From: Schmidtea nova
Lineage: Eukaryota
Assembly (NCBI GenBank): GCA_044892505.1
Contig: CM097882.1
Coordinates: forward strand, 254,448,001 to 254,512,000
DNA length: 64,000 bases
Direction: 5' to 3'
This document shows, in pieces, positions 13,645-27,218 of the stretch. The stretch's first letter is position 1; every line of letters starts with the position of its first letter. The notes under the pieces are model-generated. The model worked only from the letters and a program-made list of their open reading frames with translations, was not told the origin of the DNA and did not search any database. The position numbers and the translations under genes are program-made.

Positions 13645-14819
13645 TGGTTAATTTATAACAATAATTTATAATTTATAGCAATTTCATTAAAATAAACTTT
13701 AGATATAAATGTAAAATTTAGCGGATTTTGAGGATCGAGGAACAACGGCTCTGATGAATTATATACCCTTTAATGATGACGACCAGCTGCCACTCACTAA
13801 GCACGGTACCAAATTACTTACAATTTTTAATCAGTTCCTAGCTAAAAAACATTTAAACTTTGTATTGAATGTGGCTGGAAAACTGTTTTAAGTTCTTTTC
13901 TTTCAGTTTATTTTTGAAAAACGCGCATTTCTCAAATAGATTACTAAGTAATACTTTAAACAAACACATTATCTAATTATTCATACAACTGGAATAAGGA
14001 AATAGACCTTCCATGGCGTTAATTGGAAAATAAAAATAGTAATATTTATATTGTGGATCATAAGAACAAAAATATCATCAAAAAGTATAAATGGCTTACT
14101 TATTTTTCTAAATTATCAAAATTTTAAAATTATTCAATTAATGGCAATCAATCATAAATTTTTTTTAATTATAACATTGAAGGACATTGGAGTTAAGCAA
14201 ATGAATTCCGTATATATTTTAAGCCGATAATATGCTTAAACGTTAATCCGCATGTGATGAAAGGTAGATTTTATACCAAAACCTATAATTTGTTGTTCAA
14301 AAATGATCCGATTCTGCAAACTTAAAAGGCATTTTCCAAACCCCGTAAGATTGTTTTATATTTATAGTGGAAATTGATAACGTAGATTATTTCAAAAACA
14401 GTAAGGAAACATTAGTGGGAGAAAATGAAATACCTACAGGAATGGAATAATCAACCTCATTCATCATATTAAACAAACACGTAAAATAAATTATTATAAA
14501 CTAAAGAGATTGAATAATAAATGACAAAGTTGTCCCTTACAAAAAGTAAAAATAATTTATAAAAGAGATTTTAACTAACTTTAATATTAAAATTAGATTA
14601 TTAACGAAACACTAAAATTACTAAGAAGTTATTCTAGAAAATTTAGTTATATTTATTTAAAGAATTTTTATAAATTAAATTGTATATTATTTTTCTATTT
14701 TTTATGATTGAAGAAATTTTTTTACTACTGAACAATTTTTTTCATTATCAATTTCAACTATATTCTTTTTCAGATTAAATATCAACACGAGTTTTTAGCA
14801 CAGCTTTTTTCAAGTGTTA

Positions 14820-15083
14820 TTCTTTTTATTATTCTTATTCTTATTATTCTTATTCTTATTCTTATTCTTATTATTCTTTANNNNNNNNNNNNNNNNNNNN
14901 NNNNNNNNNNNNNNNNNNNNNNNNNNNNNNNNNNNNNNNNNNNNNNNNNNNNNNNNNNNNNNNNNNNNNNNNNNNNNNNNNNNNNNNNNNNNNNNNNNNN
15001 NNNNNNNNNNNNNNNNNNNNNNNNNNNNNNNNNNNNNNNNNNNNNATTCTTATAATAATAATAATAATTATAATTATAATTAA

Positions 15084-15122
<39 letters not shown>

Positions 15123-15130
15123 CATCATCA
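14820..15130. repeat. (TTCTTA)n and (ATT)n microsatellites around an assembly gap
   Basis: Directly visible; N run 14881-15045. Confidence 0.95.
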
Positions 15131-15421
15131 CAATTATCTTTTTGTTTCACCTTTGATTTTTTTTTAATATGAATATCAATAATTCCAATAATGGTAAGAC
15201 TATAGATCAAAATTTCTTTAAACAAGTACACAATATTTCGGCACAGCCTTTATCAAGAAATTTTGATCTATAGTCTTACCATTATGGGAATTATTGATAC
15301 TATTATCATTATTAAATTAATTAATAAATAAGTAACAAAATAAGCCTTTGCTGCAATAACAATTTTATTAAGTGAGAAAATTTTCGATTACAAAATAATC
15401 CTCTTCAATTATTATTATTAA

Positions 15422-15481
<60 letters not shown>

Positions 15482-15493
<12 letters not shown>

Positions 15494-15688
15494 CAATAAT
15501 TCTCATAATGACTATAGATCAAAATTTTTTTTTTATATAAACAATAACACAATATTTCGGCACAGCCTTTATCAAGTGTGTATTTAATACACACTTGATA
15601 AAGGCTGTGCCGAAATATTGTGTTATTGTTTATATAAAAAAAAAATTTTGATCTATAGTCATTATGAGAATTATTGATAATAATAATA
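15482..15688. repeat. ~200-bp near-perfect palindrome of two head-to-head copies of the hammerhead-bearing repeat
   Basis: Arms 15482-15584 and 15586-15688 are near-exact reverse complements around a single T at 15585. Each arm carries TTGATAAAGGCTGTGCCGAAATATTGTGT. Confidence 0.93.
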
Positions 15689-18163
15689 AAAAAAGATCAA
15701 AGGTGAAAAAAGATAATTATGATATTATTATTATTATTATAGATTTTTAAAATAATTTTAAAATTAAAAAAGTGGAAACTATTATGAATTGTTTGCTTGA
15801 GACTATTCGTTTCTATCAATGTTTACCGGTCAAGTGACTATTAAAAGAAAACGTAAAAACGTAAATTACCTTGATTATAAGCATCATTGATTTGATTTTC
15901 GGTTTTTGGCACGTTTTTAGGACAACCCTAAAATTTAATTTATAAATACCTTAAAAGTTCATTTTTGATGGCACGCTTACCTTTTGATAAATAACATTGT
16001 TCGAATCTCGATTGTTAGATAAGTGTTTATTGTTGTCGCCTGAAATCAAAATTACAAAAATTAAATCAATTAAATTATAATAAAAATATATAATTTAAAA
16101 TATTTTTATTTTTAACTGCATTACCGTTTTATTTTTTTGGAATTGTATGTCAATTCTGTCACTCGAATTTGAGAATTTTGTTTTCGTTTTTATATTATAA
16201 CAGCATTTATTATACATTTCTACGCATCAGCAGTGTATATCAATAACATAATTATATTGGATGAATTAACTCGTGGCGAACGGGAAATGGGTTAAAATGA
16301 CTAGATAGATATTTTTTATAAAGTTACATGAATTTTCGGAACAGACTTTTCAAAGTGTGTAGATATACCTCTTTGAAAACGACTGGCGAAAATTTTCGCA
16401 CCTTTATAAAAAAAATATTGATCTTTTTAAAATTATGAAAATTGATGAAATAGTAAATAAGGTAAAAATAAGAGATATAAATGATAAAAAATTTTGAAGA
16501 ATATTTAGAATTGAATTTTAAAAATAATGAACAAAAAATTAAGCTAAAAATTTTTTGAGAAAAATCCTTAAATTGAATTCAATTAATAAACTAATTCAGT
16601 TGGCCCGGAATGTATATTGGCCTGCTTGTTACTGTATCTATTCCATTTGAAGCACCGACAAAAATATGCACACACCTACACGGATTCATACACTGTATGT
16701 GTGTTGATGTTGTGTTATATTTTTTGATTGTTTATGTAAGTGGTTTGTTGTATCACATGACATTTGTCTGGAGAACTGATTTAGCATTTCTGATTTTCAC
16801 AGTATTTATCTAACATAATCAAGGTCAGCTAGTTCACAGCAGGAACAGTTAATTAATTCGCAATTTTGATGAGATATTTATCGTGGTATTCAATTTATCT
16901 GATAATATTATTTTGTTCTTTATTACCACATATTATTTTGATAAATTTGAACGAATCTATCATTATCCAATAATATCAATAATAATAAAAATACAATTAA
17001 ATAGGTCATTGAATGAAAATTAAAAATAATAATGAGTGAGTGGCATTTAATTTTTATCTTCATTTCATATACCTTCTAAACCCTTGTGCAGTAAACACGA
17101 GTCTGACTCGTGAATTCTTAAATTTGCTTTGTGAAACAATCACAAGTCTGGCTCGTATAATTTTTATTTATTCACCGTAGTATTTAATAAATAAAATTCT
17201 TTATTTTTTGCTGTTATGAAATTTCTTTTAAATAATAATTTCAGGCACTTAATTTATTTAAATAAGGCATTAACTAGACCCAAACGATGGATTTCGTTCA
17301 ACTTAGAAAAATATTTAACAAATTAATAATTATTCAAATAATGTGTCATTAACACATTGGCTACCGTGATGATCCTCAGTGACGGCCCCATGGGGCTAAC
17401 AGGGGTCTAATCTGAAGCCTGTGATCATGGAGAGCCCAACACGGTGGGTCATTTACTTAAGTATTATATATTATGTAGGACAGATAAAACGTATGAACAT
17501 AAGACAGAAAATGACTTACTACCAACAAAATAAAATTTAATAAGTACGATATCCTCATACAGATTTTTGTCTCGCCTTTGTGATTTATCAACATTCATAT
17601 TCTTATCTATGCTTAATGATAAATTAAAAGAAAATAACATCTTTTAATTTGAAGTTTAATTGAAAATGAGACACGTAATAAAATGCATTATTTATTTTAT
17701 TTTTTTAATAGTACTATGATGATTATGATGTAAAGAAAAATATTTTTTTTCTTTTTAACACAACTAATTATTATTTTTCTTTTCTGTCAAGTTAGCAAAG
17801 TAAATAAAAAGCCATATCAAGTGGTCATCCATTCTTAAACAAATTTTTCAGATCGGAAAATGAAGAGACCATAGCTGCTATAACAATTATTTGNNNNNNN
17901 NNNNNNNNNNNNNNNNNNNNNNNNNNNNNNNNNNNNNNNNNNNNNNNNNNNNNNNNNNNNNNNNNNNNNNNNNNNNNNNNNNNNNNNNNNNNNNNNNNNN
18001 NNNNNNNNNNNNNNNNNNNNNNNNNNNNNNNNNNNNNNNNNNNNNNNNNNNNNNNNNNNNNNNNNNNNNNNNNNNNNNNNNNNNNNNNNNNNNNNNNNNN
18101 NNNNNNNNNNNNNNNNNNNNNNNNNNNNNNNNNNNNNNNNNNNNNNNNNNNNNNNNNNNNNNN

Positions 18164-19660
18164 AAGTCATCGGTTTTCAAAATTTCCGCTACCGGGATTT
18201 CCTTTTAAAGTGGAAACTTTTTACGAACAATTCAATTTGTAAAGATTCAATTCAAATATGTCTTGATATGTTTTATGCTTCCTTTAGTGATTTTTTTTTG
18301 AGAATAAACTCAAAGTGACCAAGTCAAAATAATAGTTCATGTGTGAATATCCAAAATCGTCATTGCTCATTTTTTGGTGGATGTATTTTTAAAAATACTT
18401 GTAATTTTGTAGATTGCCGTTCATAAGACTGTGATAATGGTGCAAACGCGCGTTGCGAAAAAAACGACATTAAGACCCATATCTTAGAAAAGGACCCATG
18501 TGTTTTGCTTTCTTTCTGAGAAGCACATTTATTGACTAACGTGAGAGTCAACGCTGCAAAAATCAATTCAAATGTTAAAACGTTTTCCAGAAATATAGAA
18601 AGCTTACAGAGTTTATCTGACCACCGCCCTGCAATCTAGTAAGTATTGAAAAGCACAAATCATTAACTTTCAAAAGTGTAGTGAAGGAATTAAAGCCGTG
18701 TGATAAATTGTTAAACGTGATTCCGGTGTGAATGTTGTGTTAAATATCATTCTTGGAAAGATTAATTCCTTCAACGCTAAACACAAGTAAAGGCCTGAAA
18801 AGTTATTTCCAATCTTATAAAGATCTGCTAATGATAGTGTTTTGACACAAAATATTAGAAAGTATTGACAACAAAAATGTTACCATATCCCTTGATAACA
18901 AAAATGTTACCATATCCCTTGATGACAAAACTGCACTTGAAGAAATTTGATTCAAAAGTCACAACAATAGAGTGACTCGTGTAAAAACATTGTTGAAAAA
19001 CGCTAAACAGTTCCTACGGCAGTAGTTATGTAACATCAATTTCCAAAATAGCAAAACTTCTATAAAGCCAGGACAAGATTTCATACTAAACTAAGTTTAC
19101 CAAGCATAAAATTATATCATTAATGATTTCAATACAACCTTTGAATCAGAATATACTATATGTAAATTATTCTTGCATATTTGAATGTTCAGAACTTGAC
19201 GCAAAAGCTGTAAAATTTATATTTTTGTAAGGGAGAGTTTTTTAGAAGACTTACTGAAAAAATCTTTTACTTGAAAAGTATCTCCAGAATAGTTTTTGAC
19301 ATTGAAACAAGTTTTTAGACTGCTGAACACAATTTACGACATAAAACTGCAAGCTATATCTGTTAGTGTCTATCTTGTCATCAACCCCTTTCATTACAGT
19401 AGGAATTACTATTCCATCATCTGAAAAATAGTTTGGTGAACTGATCACTTTTTGTGAGAAATAGTAAAGATCAGCTGGTCAAGAGCAACTTAATCATCTA
19501 GCAGTATTATGCATTAAAAATTATCTAGCAAAACATGCTAATTTTATTGAAGTCATTAAAATATTTGAAAATAGTTATTTCATGCCGTCTTATCATTTAA
19601 TGCGTCGAGTGCCCTGTGAAACCGCATTTGTCTCGCTTATTTTGTTCGCCCACGCGGCGC
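18164..19660 (+). pseudogene. Decayed hAT (ZMYM1/TTF-like) transposase
   Basis: CDNGANARCEKNDIKTHILEKDP...AHLL at ~18430-18540 matches the hAT YDNxANMxGxxxGVQxxIxxxNPxAxxxxCxAHxLN motif; many stops. Confidence 0.6.
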
Positions 19661-21647
19661 AAGACATTTGTTGTCTTAAATAAAAATTTAAGAATAATTT
19701 AATTTTTTTTGTCTGTCTTGATAAATTATAAAAAGTAATTAAATATTCAGAATAAAGCCAAAACAAATTTGGTCCTGAATACACATTTTTTGTAACATTT
19801 TGGTAAATAATTTGTTTTATTATAAATCTGGTGGTTTCACATTTGCATTAACCATAGCAGTAGGGGTCCTGCGTTAGGATGTGGGGACAATGCTCTTAGT
19901 AACATGCGGGTAACCAATGTTTTAAAATGTGTTCTTAATTGAAAGGATGCTTGTTAATCAATTGATTAAGATACATTTTTAGCAGGGGATTTCGAAAACT
20001 TTTATTAACCTAGACAATATTGAGATATTAATTATTTGTTCCATGGCAGTAAGTTATTCGATTGGTAAATATTTTTTTTCGTTTCCTATGGGAATAAACG
20101 AGTCACTTAGCATGCTAAATTTTAATGATAATTTTTAGCTTCTTCTGCATTGGGAGAAAATTGAAAATATAAAATATCCTTTAAAGTTCATGCTGAATTG
20201 AAAGCAATTATCGAATCTGACATAAAAATTGGTTTCACTAACAAAAATAAGTCATTTAAATCCGCTGAAAACCAACGCGGAGAAAACCGAATAAATTTCA
20301 CACGAATTGCTATTTTCACGTATTTATTTATAATTGGGCCGGACAAATTGAGGCCAAATAATTCAATGATAAGATTTGGAAATTTAAATAAATTTCATCA
20401 ACTTTGTCACATCACCTAACTTCATCAATTGAATTTAAAAATTTTGTGCAATTTAATATTTATTTGCATTTTTTTTTCCTTCCGGGCCGGAAGTTCCGGC
20501 TAGATCCAAAATTTCTCTTATTTAACACAACATTTTGAAAAATAATTAAATTGAAAAAAGATCAAAAGTTGATCAAGATTCTAGATTCTAATGTTTATAC
20601 TTATTCTAAATTTTATATACAATTTTATGAATGCTTTCACTTGTTTATATTGAAACTTGATTTTATTAATTAATGCATATAATACGAAATTTTACAAAAA
20701 AACACTGTGCAAATAGAACACGTTCATTAATGAGAAAAAAATCTCTAGATTTCATGAAATATTTTCCATTCGCACCATATTTAGGCAATCCATTCGCAAT
20801 AAGATGTCACTTATTGAAAACTAGTAAATGATACAAATTCGTTTCCAATCTAAATCTCTCTGGCGCCGCAAAAACTGTTTCCCGATCGAGATTTGGACAT
20901 TAACTACTAATTTAGTCACTAAATAGCTGATTGGAACTTCGGATTTTACATATTTCTTTTAAATATCGATTTACATTTCCAAATTTTTTCTTCTGGCTGT
21001 TTTTATTTTTGTTTAAATGACCTAAAATTAGCATAATCAATAACAAGTCTAGTCTTCCATTTAAGTAATAATCGCCATAAATTGGATACGCCTAAAAACC
21101 CTCTTGGGATTAGATATTATTCCGACATTGGCCAATCTAGTGCGCACTTGCACGTATGCACATACCGGAATCATTAATGAAACAATAGCATTCATCAGAA
21201 CCATCAAGTTATCCGCACGATAATTATCGCTCTCTCGTGTTTCATTTATTCAGAAGTCTCATTTGTTTGACAATGCGATTCAAATTGGAATTGCTAATTT
21301 CTTACTCCCTGAACTATAACTCGAATCCCCTGATAGCAATAAGCTCCAACAATATTAATGCTTTAATCCAGAATGGAATTCAATGTTTAATTTTCCTGGT
21401 TCAATTAATTAAATTTTCCAGCTTTAATTTTAAATATGGAAAATATTTTTACTTAATTCAGAGAAATCAAAATAATTTGTTAACCTGTAAAAATAGATAT
21501 TTTATTCTATTTTTAATTTAGAATAAATAATGGTATTTCTATTAGGAAAAAAATAAACGGAAGTCTATAGCAGTAAATCTTAACCTTTTTTATAATTCCC
21601 ATCAATCTAATAACCATAAAAATAACGAGGCCCCTAGTCCTTTATTA

Positions 21648-21852
21648 GGCACTTGTACACAATTCCCCCCCCCCATTTGAGTATGTGTGAATAATGAGCT
21701 TTTGCACATAAAAACCATCACAAAAGATGTTCTGTTACTAAAGGTTCTGTTCAAAATGTTCTGCTAGTGGATAAATTTAATGTGCAAAAGCTCATTATTC
21801 ACACATATACTAAAATAACTCAAATGGGGGGGGGGAATTGTGTACAAGTGCC
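21648..21852. mobile_element. 205-bp MITE with long TIRs and an 8-bp TSD (superfamily unresolved)
   Basis: TIR GGCACTTGTACACAATTCCCCCCCCCCATTTGAGT; second internal inverted repeat ATGTGTGAATAATGAGCTTTTGCACAT; exact TSD CTTTATTA (21640-21647, 21853-21860). Confidence 0.93.
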
Positions 21853-22316
21853 CTTTATTATTTATATATTTTTATAAAATATCGATTTCTAATCTATTTT
21901 GCTATAAATAATTTTTTAAAAATTTCTTTCGATTTTTTAAATCTTAAAAAATATATTTTTGCCTAGAATATTTATGTGCAGTTTGCGTTGGATTTTTTCT
22001 GAAATAAAGGATTTTGTTTTATTAGTTTTATATGGATTTTTACAATTTTACGCGCTTCATCGAATCTTTCACGGCCCGTCTAAGAATCACTTCTCTATAG
22101 GACATTATGTTATCTTTTGTTATCAAGGTCAAACAGATATATGACATCACAATTGAGACTGTGTTCTGATACATTTTATTTTTTAATTAACTAAACATCA
22201 AATTGTAACTCAACTTATTTTCTATTTAACCACTTGGGGACGGAATACGTACATATACGCCAAATTGATGTGTGCCAATTAGCCGGGTGATGCATATATA
22301 TATATATATATATATA

Positions 22317-22846
22317 CAAAAAAGCTTGTGATTTTTTTTGTGATACCCAGTGCAAATCCCCAATAGCAGACTAGTTTCTATTGGGGATTTGCATTGGGTA
22401 TCACAAAAAAAATCACAAGCTTCTTTGTTTAAAACAAATAAGTCATCCGACAAATGTTTTTTTCAAAAGATATTTCAAGAAATTGAAATAATGAAGCTAA
22501 GGCAGTCGGGTGCGCTTGCAAACAGTTTCTGTTGAACACTTTTAGTGCGCAGAGGTGAAAATGAAATTCATACGCCATGTTTGCAAGTTACAGATTATCT
22601 GTAGGACCTTGCATATTCAAGTGATGTTTTATCCAGTGTACCAGGTATAGTATATACCAAAATCTTTCGACTTTGTTTTATACTTACCTGGCGCGGAGAG
22701 AAATTTTCGCGTCTCCTGCATAGCACTGATGAGAGCCAAAAGCTCGAAACTAGTCTGCTATTGGGGATTTGCACTGGGTATCACAAAAAAAATCACAAGC
22801 TTTTTTGTTTAAAACAAATAAGTCATCCGACAAATGTTTTTTTCAA

Positions 22847-22848
<2 letters not shown>
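22317..22848 (+). mobile_element. Penelope-like pseudo-LTR remnant within a (TA)n tract
   Basis: Inverted 5' fragment (22317-22378), ~90-bp direct repeats at 22378 and 22758 (380-bp period), an ORF-end remnant IFQEIEIMKLRQSGALANS, and a hammerhead motif. Confidence 0.8.
22720..22761 (+). ncRNA. Canonical minimal type I hammerhead ribozyme
   Basis: ATAGCA-CTGATGA-GAGC(CAAAA)GCTC-GAA-ACTAGT-C-TGCTAT: intact core, three stems, palindromic stem III; predicted GUC cleavage after 22755. Confidence 0.92.
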
Positions 22849-22877
<29 letters not shown>

Positions 22878-23526
22878 TACGCGGGTCAATTTCTACACAC
22901 ACAAATGTGTAATATTTGAAACATTATATGACTACATATGAGAAAAAAGTGTTGTGATAAGTATTTATGTATTACGGCACTTTTCAGTGCTAACACGCTT
23001 CATGAACAATAACTGAATAAATGCACTATTTGTGTAAAGATATAGAAGTAAACCTCGTGGTTTACCTATTCCTGCAAGATTATAAGGTCATCACTTGAAA
23101 GAATCTCACCCTCTAAAAATAAGGCGAATGCATAGAAGAGATGTTTAGTGTGTGCTAGGCAGATGTACATTTAATGGAAGTATTTTTGTTGTCACTCATA
23201 CAATCAGCCTTAACAGTTTGCGAGACTGTTGGTTCATCTCACTAATAACTTTAACTTGTATAAAAAAATTTTACTTCCAAAGTCACCAAATAGCGTTTTC
23301 AATTTCATGATTTCAAATTGAGGTTTTCAAGTAAAAATCGTCAAGTTCATCGTCTATTAACTATGTTGATTTCATATAGAAAGGATAAATTTTCAATAAC
23401 TATTTACTTAATATATTTTGGTGTTTCGAGTGAAGTTTTGTTGATCCGCCGAGTTAAAAAGTTTTACAGTTACATCACTCTTAGTATTGCCAGCACCATT
23501 TCTCTTTTCTGTCAGTTGTAACTGTA

Positions 23527-24199
23527 CAGTAGGGGGCAAATTATTTGTTATCCCTTGAGTTTTAATTTTTTTTGCAAATATGTTTAGCTTGTAGTTATTT
23601 ATACTTATAAAGGTACATCTTTGCATTTCACTGAGAAAACCATATGGTAACACAAACCATGTAAAAAATCAGTCAAACAAGATTATACAAGGTTGTATAC
23701 AGGAAGTTGAGTAAGTTCAATAGGTCACATGAAGAATCATTAATATGTGGTGCGTCAATGCTAGAATACTATAACTCTGAGCAGTACGTGAATGTACTAG
23801 ACGGAACTCCTTGTCACACTTCGAAGCAGTTTATGAAATAGCTCATTTGGTCAAATACTACCTTATTACTTTTTCCGAGCACTAGCCCCGACCTTAATTC
23901 GATCGAGTCATTGCTAGCCATTGTAAAAAGGTGCCTCCGTGTCAATATAGTGACAATCAAACGATTTAGACGCTAAGTATTAGTGATTTATCATATTTTC
24001 TACTAAACTTAATGAACTTAGTGTATCCAACCTTGTATGACATTGTCTGACTGATTTATTACATGATTTGTATTACCATATTGTTCTTTAAGTGAACTGC
24101 AAGGATTTACACACCTTAAGTTCAAACAACTGAATGTAACTTATACTTATTTGCAAAAGTTGTTAAAAACTCAAAGGGTGACAATTAATTTGCACACTG
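23527..24199 (+). mobile_element. Decayed Tc1-like element
   Basis: Imperfect TIRs CAGTAGGGGGCAAATTATTTGTTATCCCTTGAG / CTCAAAGGGTGACAATTAATTTGCACACTG; internal SPDLNSIE remnant at ~23884. Confidence 0.75.
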
Positions 24200-24655
24200 T
24201 TGATATGGATTAAAATTCACACAGATGAACAACATCATTATTTTTTTATTTTTTATTATGTACACCAATGTAAAATTGATAAGATATTTAAAGATATTAA
24301 AGAGCACTTTATCAATTACATTAATATAAAGTATGAAGTTAATTAAAGGTATCAAGCAATTAGCAAAAAAGGTTGAAGTTAATGATCATTTCCAAGAAAT
24401 TATTACTCTTTGCAAAGGAAAATTATAAAACAACTTATTTATTAATAATATGATAAATTACAAAAAAAATACGAAATTATCTTCCCCTCCAAATTGTGGA
24501 CTCATATTTGTCATCAATTCAAGAAAGATTTGAAATATTAACAAAACATATAGAACTCTTTACAATCTGGAAAATATCAACAACGATATTCTCTTGAAAA
24601 ATTGTGATAATTTATGAAGGGCGAAAAATAAAATGAAGTAATATAGAATCTATAT

Positions 24656-24818
24656 CAGCGGTCGGGAACCTTTTTTAAGTAAAGAGTCAAATCAACAAAA
24701 ATTTTCAAAAAAATGAAATTTAAGAGCCGCAGTCACAGACATATTCGAGCTATATTGAAGCTATATATTGAAGCTAAGAGCCGCATACGGCTCCAGAGCC
24801 GCCGGTTCCCGACCGATG
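24656..24818. mobile_element. hAT MITE
   Basis: TIRs CAGCGGTCGGGAACC / GGTTCCCGACCGATG; exact TSD ATCTATAT. Confidence 0.92.
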
Positions 24819-26838
24819 ATCTATATTATAGATGACTAGAATTAACGCAGGAAATAATTTGACATTCTAAGTACGACTACTATTAAAAATACTGACAAGA
24901 TATTTTTTCATTATTATGCATAAATTATATTATTATTAAAATTTAATAAATAAATATAGATTATCAGATAAAAATATTGCATGTAAAAACCAAGATTGAG
25001 AATTGACAAAGCAGTGTAGTGAGAATGAACGGATATTTACAATTTTTTTTCAAAATTCTGCATACGATTTACCGACACCCACAACCAAAATTAAGGAAAG
25101 AGTTGCCAGTTTTAGTAAATTACTAAAGCAACAATTAAATTTCAAATTTCCGAAATGAAAGTAGATAGAAAACATTTTAGTCAAATTTAGGATAAATGGA
25201 CATCGGGAAAAAAAGATTTTTGAATTTAAACATCCACGGAAACAAATTTTTTTGATTAGGATTAGAGACTTTTTTTCCGCAGGACTTTGTATCCAAAGTA
25301 GTTACTTATAAGCTTAATAATATCCAGAATAGCATAGTAGGAATAATAACTTATGGGTGATCAATGAAAGCGGAAGCCTAATTTCATCTGAAGAACAATA
25401 GCGTTTAGGACGCGGTTTTCATTTAGCTGCACTTGATGCTTCGTATACATATATAGATTGTCAGGAAATTAGGATTACTCAAAAAGATAAAAATAAGAAA
25501 AGTAGTTAGTGATTCCAATGTAGAAATCTCTATCGGATTAATCTTTGACGTTCAAAACCAGTAGTAAGAGATGCTAACATCAATCGTGTCACGTCTTAAG
25601 CTCAAAAGATTGGTTTGCTCATTCGTTTAAAAATCATTGAATTAAAAAACACAAATTAAAACTCTGCCTTATTTTTTAAGGTACTTTATCTAAGAATGGA
25701 TTTTAACACAATTTTGGGAATTCTGAAATGCCTAAAACATGTAAAAGTAGTAGCGAAAGCACTTTACAAGAGAAACTCAATTCTGACAATAGCCAAAGTA
25801 ATTCCGAAGTTTGATATCAGAAAACCGAACTAGGCGCTTCTAGCTGTCAACTGCATTAACAAAAATGATAAATTAAGCTTTCTTTATAATCAAAAACAGT
25901 CTTCTTATTAAATCAGAAGTGATAGCATCTTGTACCTCCATTCTGCAGCGATTAAATTATGTTGAAGTACAGAATCATTATCATAAAGATGAATTATAAT
26001 CTTTTTCTATAGCTTTAAGGCTTACGAAAATTATTGAAAACGTCTTTAGAATACTATTTTTAATTGAATGGGCTTATTCGATGCTGAAGATAAATAAAAT
26101 ATCTGTTTTAGATTGATCCTATTGATTAATAATTTTAATTTAAAATTAAAAGAAATTATTTAGATCTGTAAAAGTTGTATTTTGAATCAAGGGTTGTATT
26201 TTATTCAGAAGCTAATCTTTCTATCCTTTTAAAAAAAAGAACCTTTCAGAATAAAATATAATTTACGAGGCCTCTGCACGAAACCTAAGCGTCGGTTTTG
26301 CTTAGATATGGAAATTACATGATTTTTCGTTAAGTAATGACTAATTTAACATACGTATTAAACAATAAACAAATCACAAGATAAAATAATCGAGGGTTTT
26401 GCATCTATTATTATGACCTTTGCATTTAGTGCTGTTATTTTCCAAAAAGTGAGATTTGTACTCTTCATGTTTCCATGTTAAAAAATGTTCTAAAAAATCT
26501 ACATGAAACAAGATATGCTGGAAACTTTAAGTATTAGTTATAACTAAGTAAAATAAGGTGCTTTTGGGTTACCCCCAAAACTTTTAACAAGATGCATTAT
26601 AGTGTTGTTTTAGCGGTTAGCCCCTTCGCGACTCCTGGTATACATACATACCACTTCAATCAACTAGAAACTAAAAGCGTTGCTAATAAAAGGGCTAATG
26701 AAGTACGAGTTTACTTGCATGTGGAACTGAATAGTGTTATTTTAATTTGATCAAGTTTGACAAGGTCAAATCGAGAAAAATATTTGAAATTTACAATTTA
26801 AAATATCGTCTATTTGAACTTAAACTATCCATTTTAAC

Positions 26839-27218
26839 CAGGGTGTGTTGCCAACCGGCTCGATAATAAAAAAAACAAACAATTTTATATTTTAATTATA
26901 TTGAAATAAGATTATACATATAAATTATATGTATAATCTTATTTCAATATAAATAAATTTATTATTTTTCAGTAAATGAAACTAAAATTTTTTATATCTA
27001 ACGAAAAATAAAGTTAACAATCAAGTGTGCATTAATTTTAACAATGCAATAAAACTGAATTTGGTATTAATTTCATTAACATTTATTAGACACATATCGG
27101 GAAGGGACGGCACAAAAATCCGTAAAAACGATTTTTGCGAAATAATTTTACAACCGGCTCGGCGATTTTCCAAAATTTTAACAACCGGCTCGCGCGAGCC
27201 GGCTCAATCACCCCCCTG
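26839..27218. mobile_element. hAT MITE with an internal ~53-bp palindrome
   Basis: CAGGG...CCCTG ends; exact TSD ATTTTAAC; subterminal CAACCGGCTCG repeats. Confidence 0.9.

Noticed and set aside
14814-15231. ORFs spanning N gaps (also 17835-18208, 47147-47520, 48906-49319)
   Set aside because: Artefacts of translating Ns and microsatellites.
19251-19448. Protocadherin cytoplasmic exon
   Set aside because: Lies antisense within the decayed hAT transposase region; no convincing acceptor.
22680-22700. U1 snRNA (ATACTTACCTGGCG)
   Set aside because: Only the 5' ~14 nt match, with no U1 loop I or Sm site downstream. Equally explained as an antisense splice-donor consensus inside the Penelope repeat.
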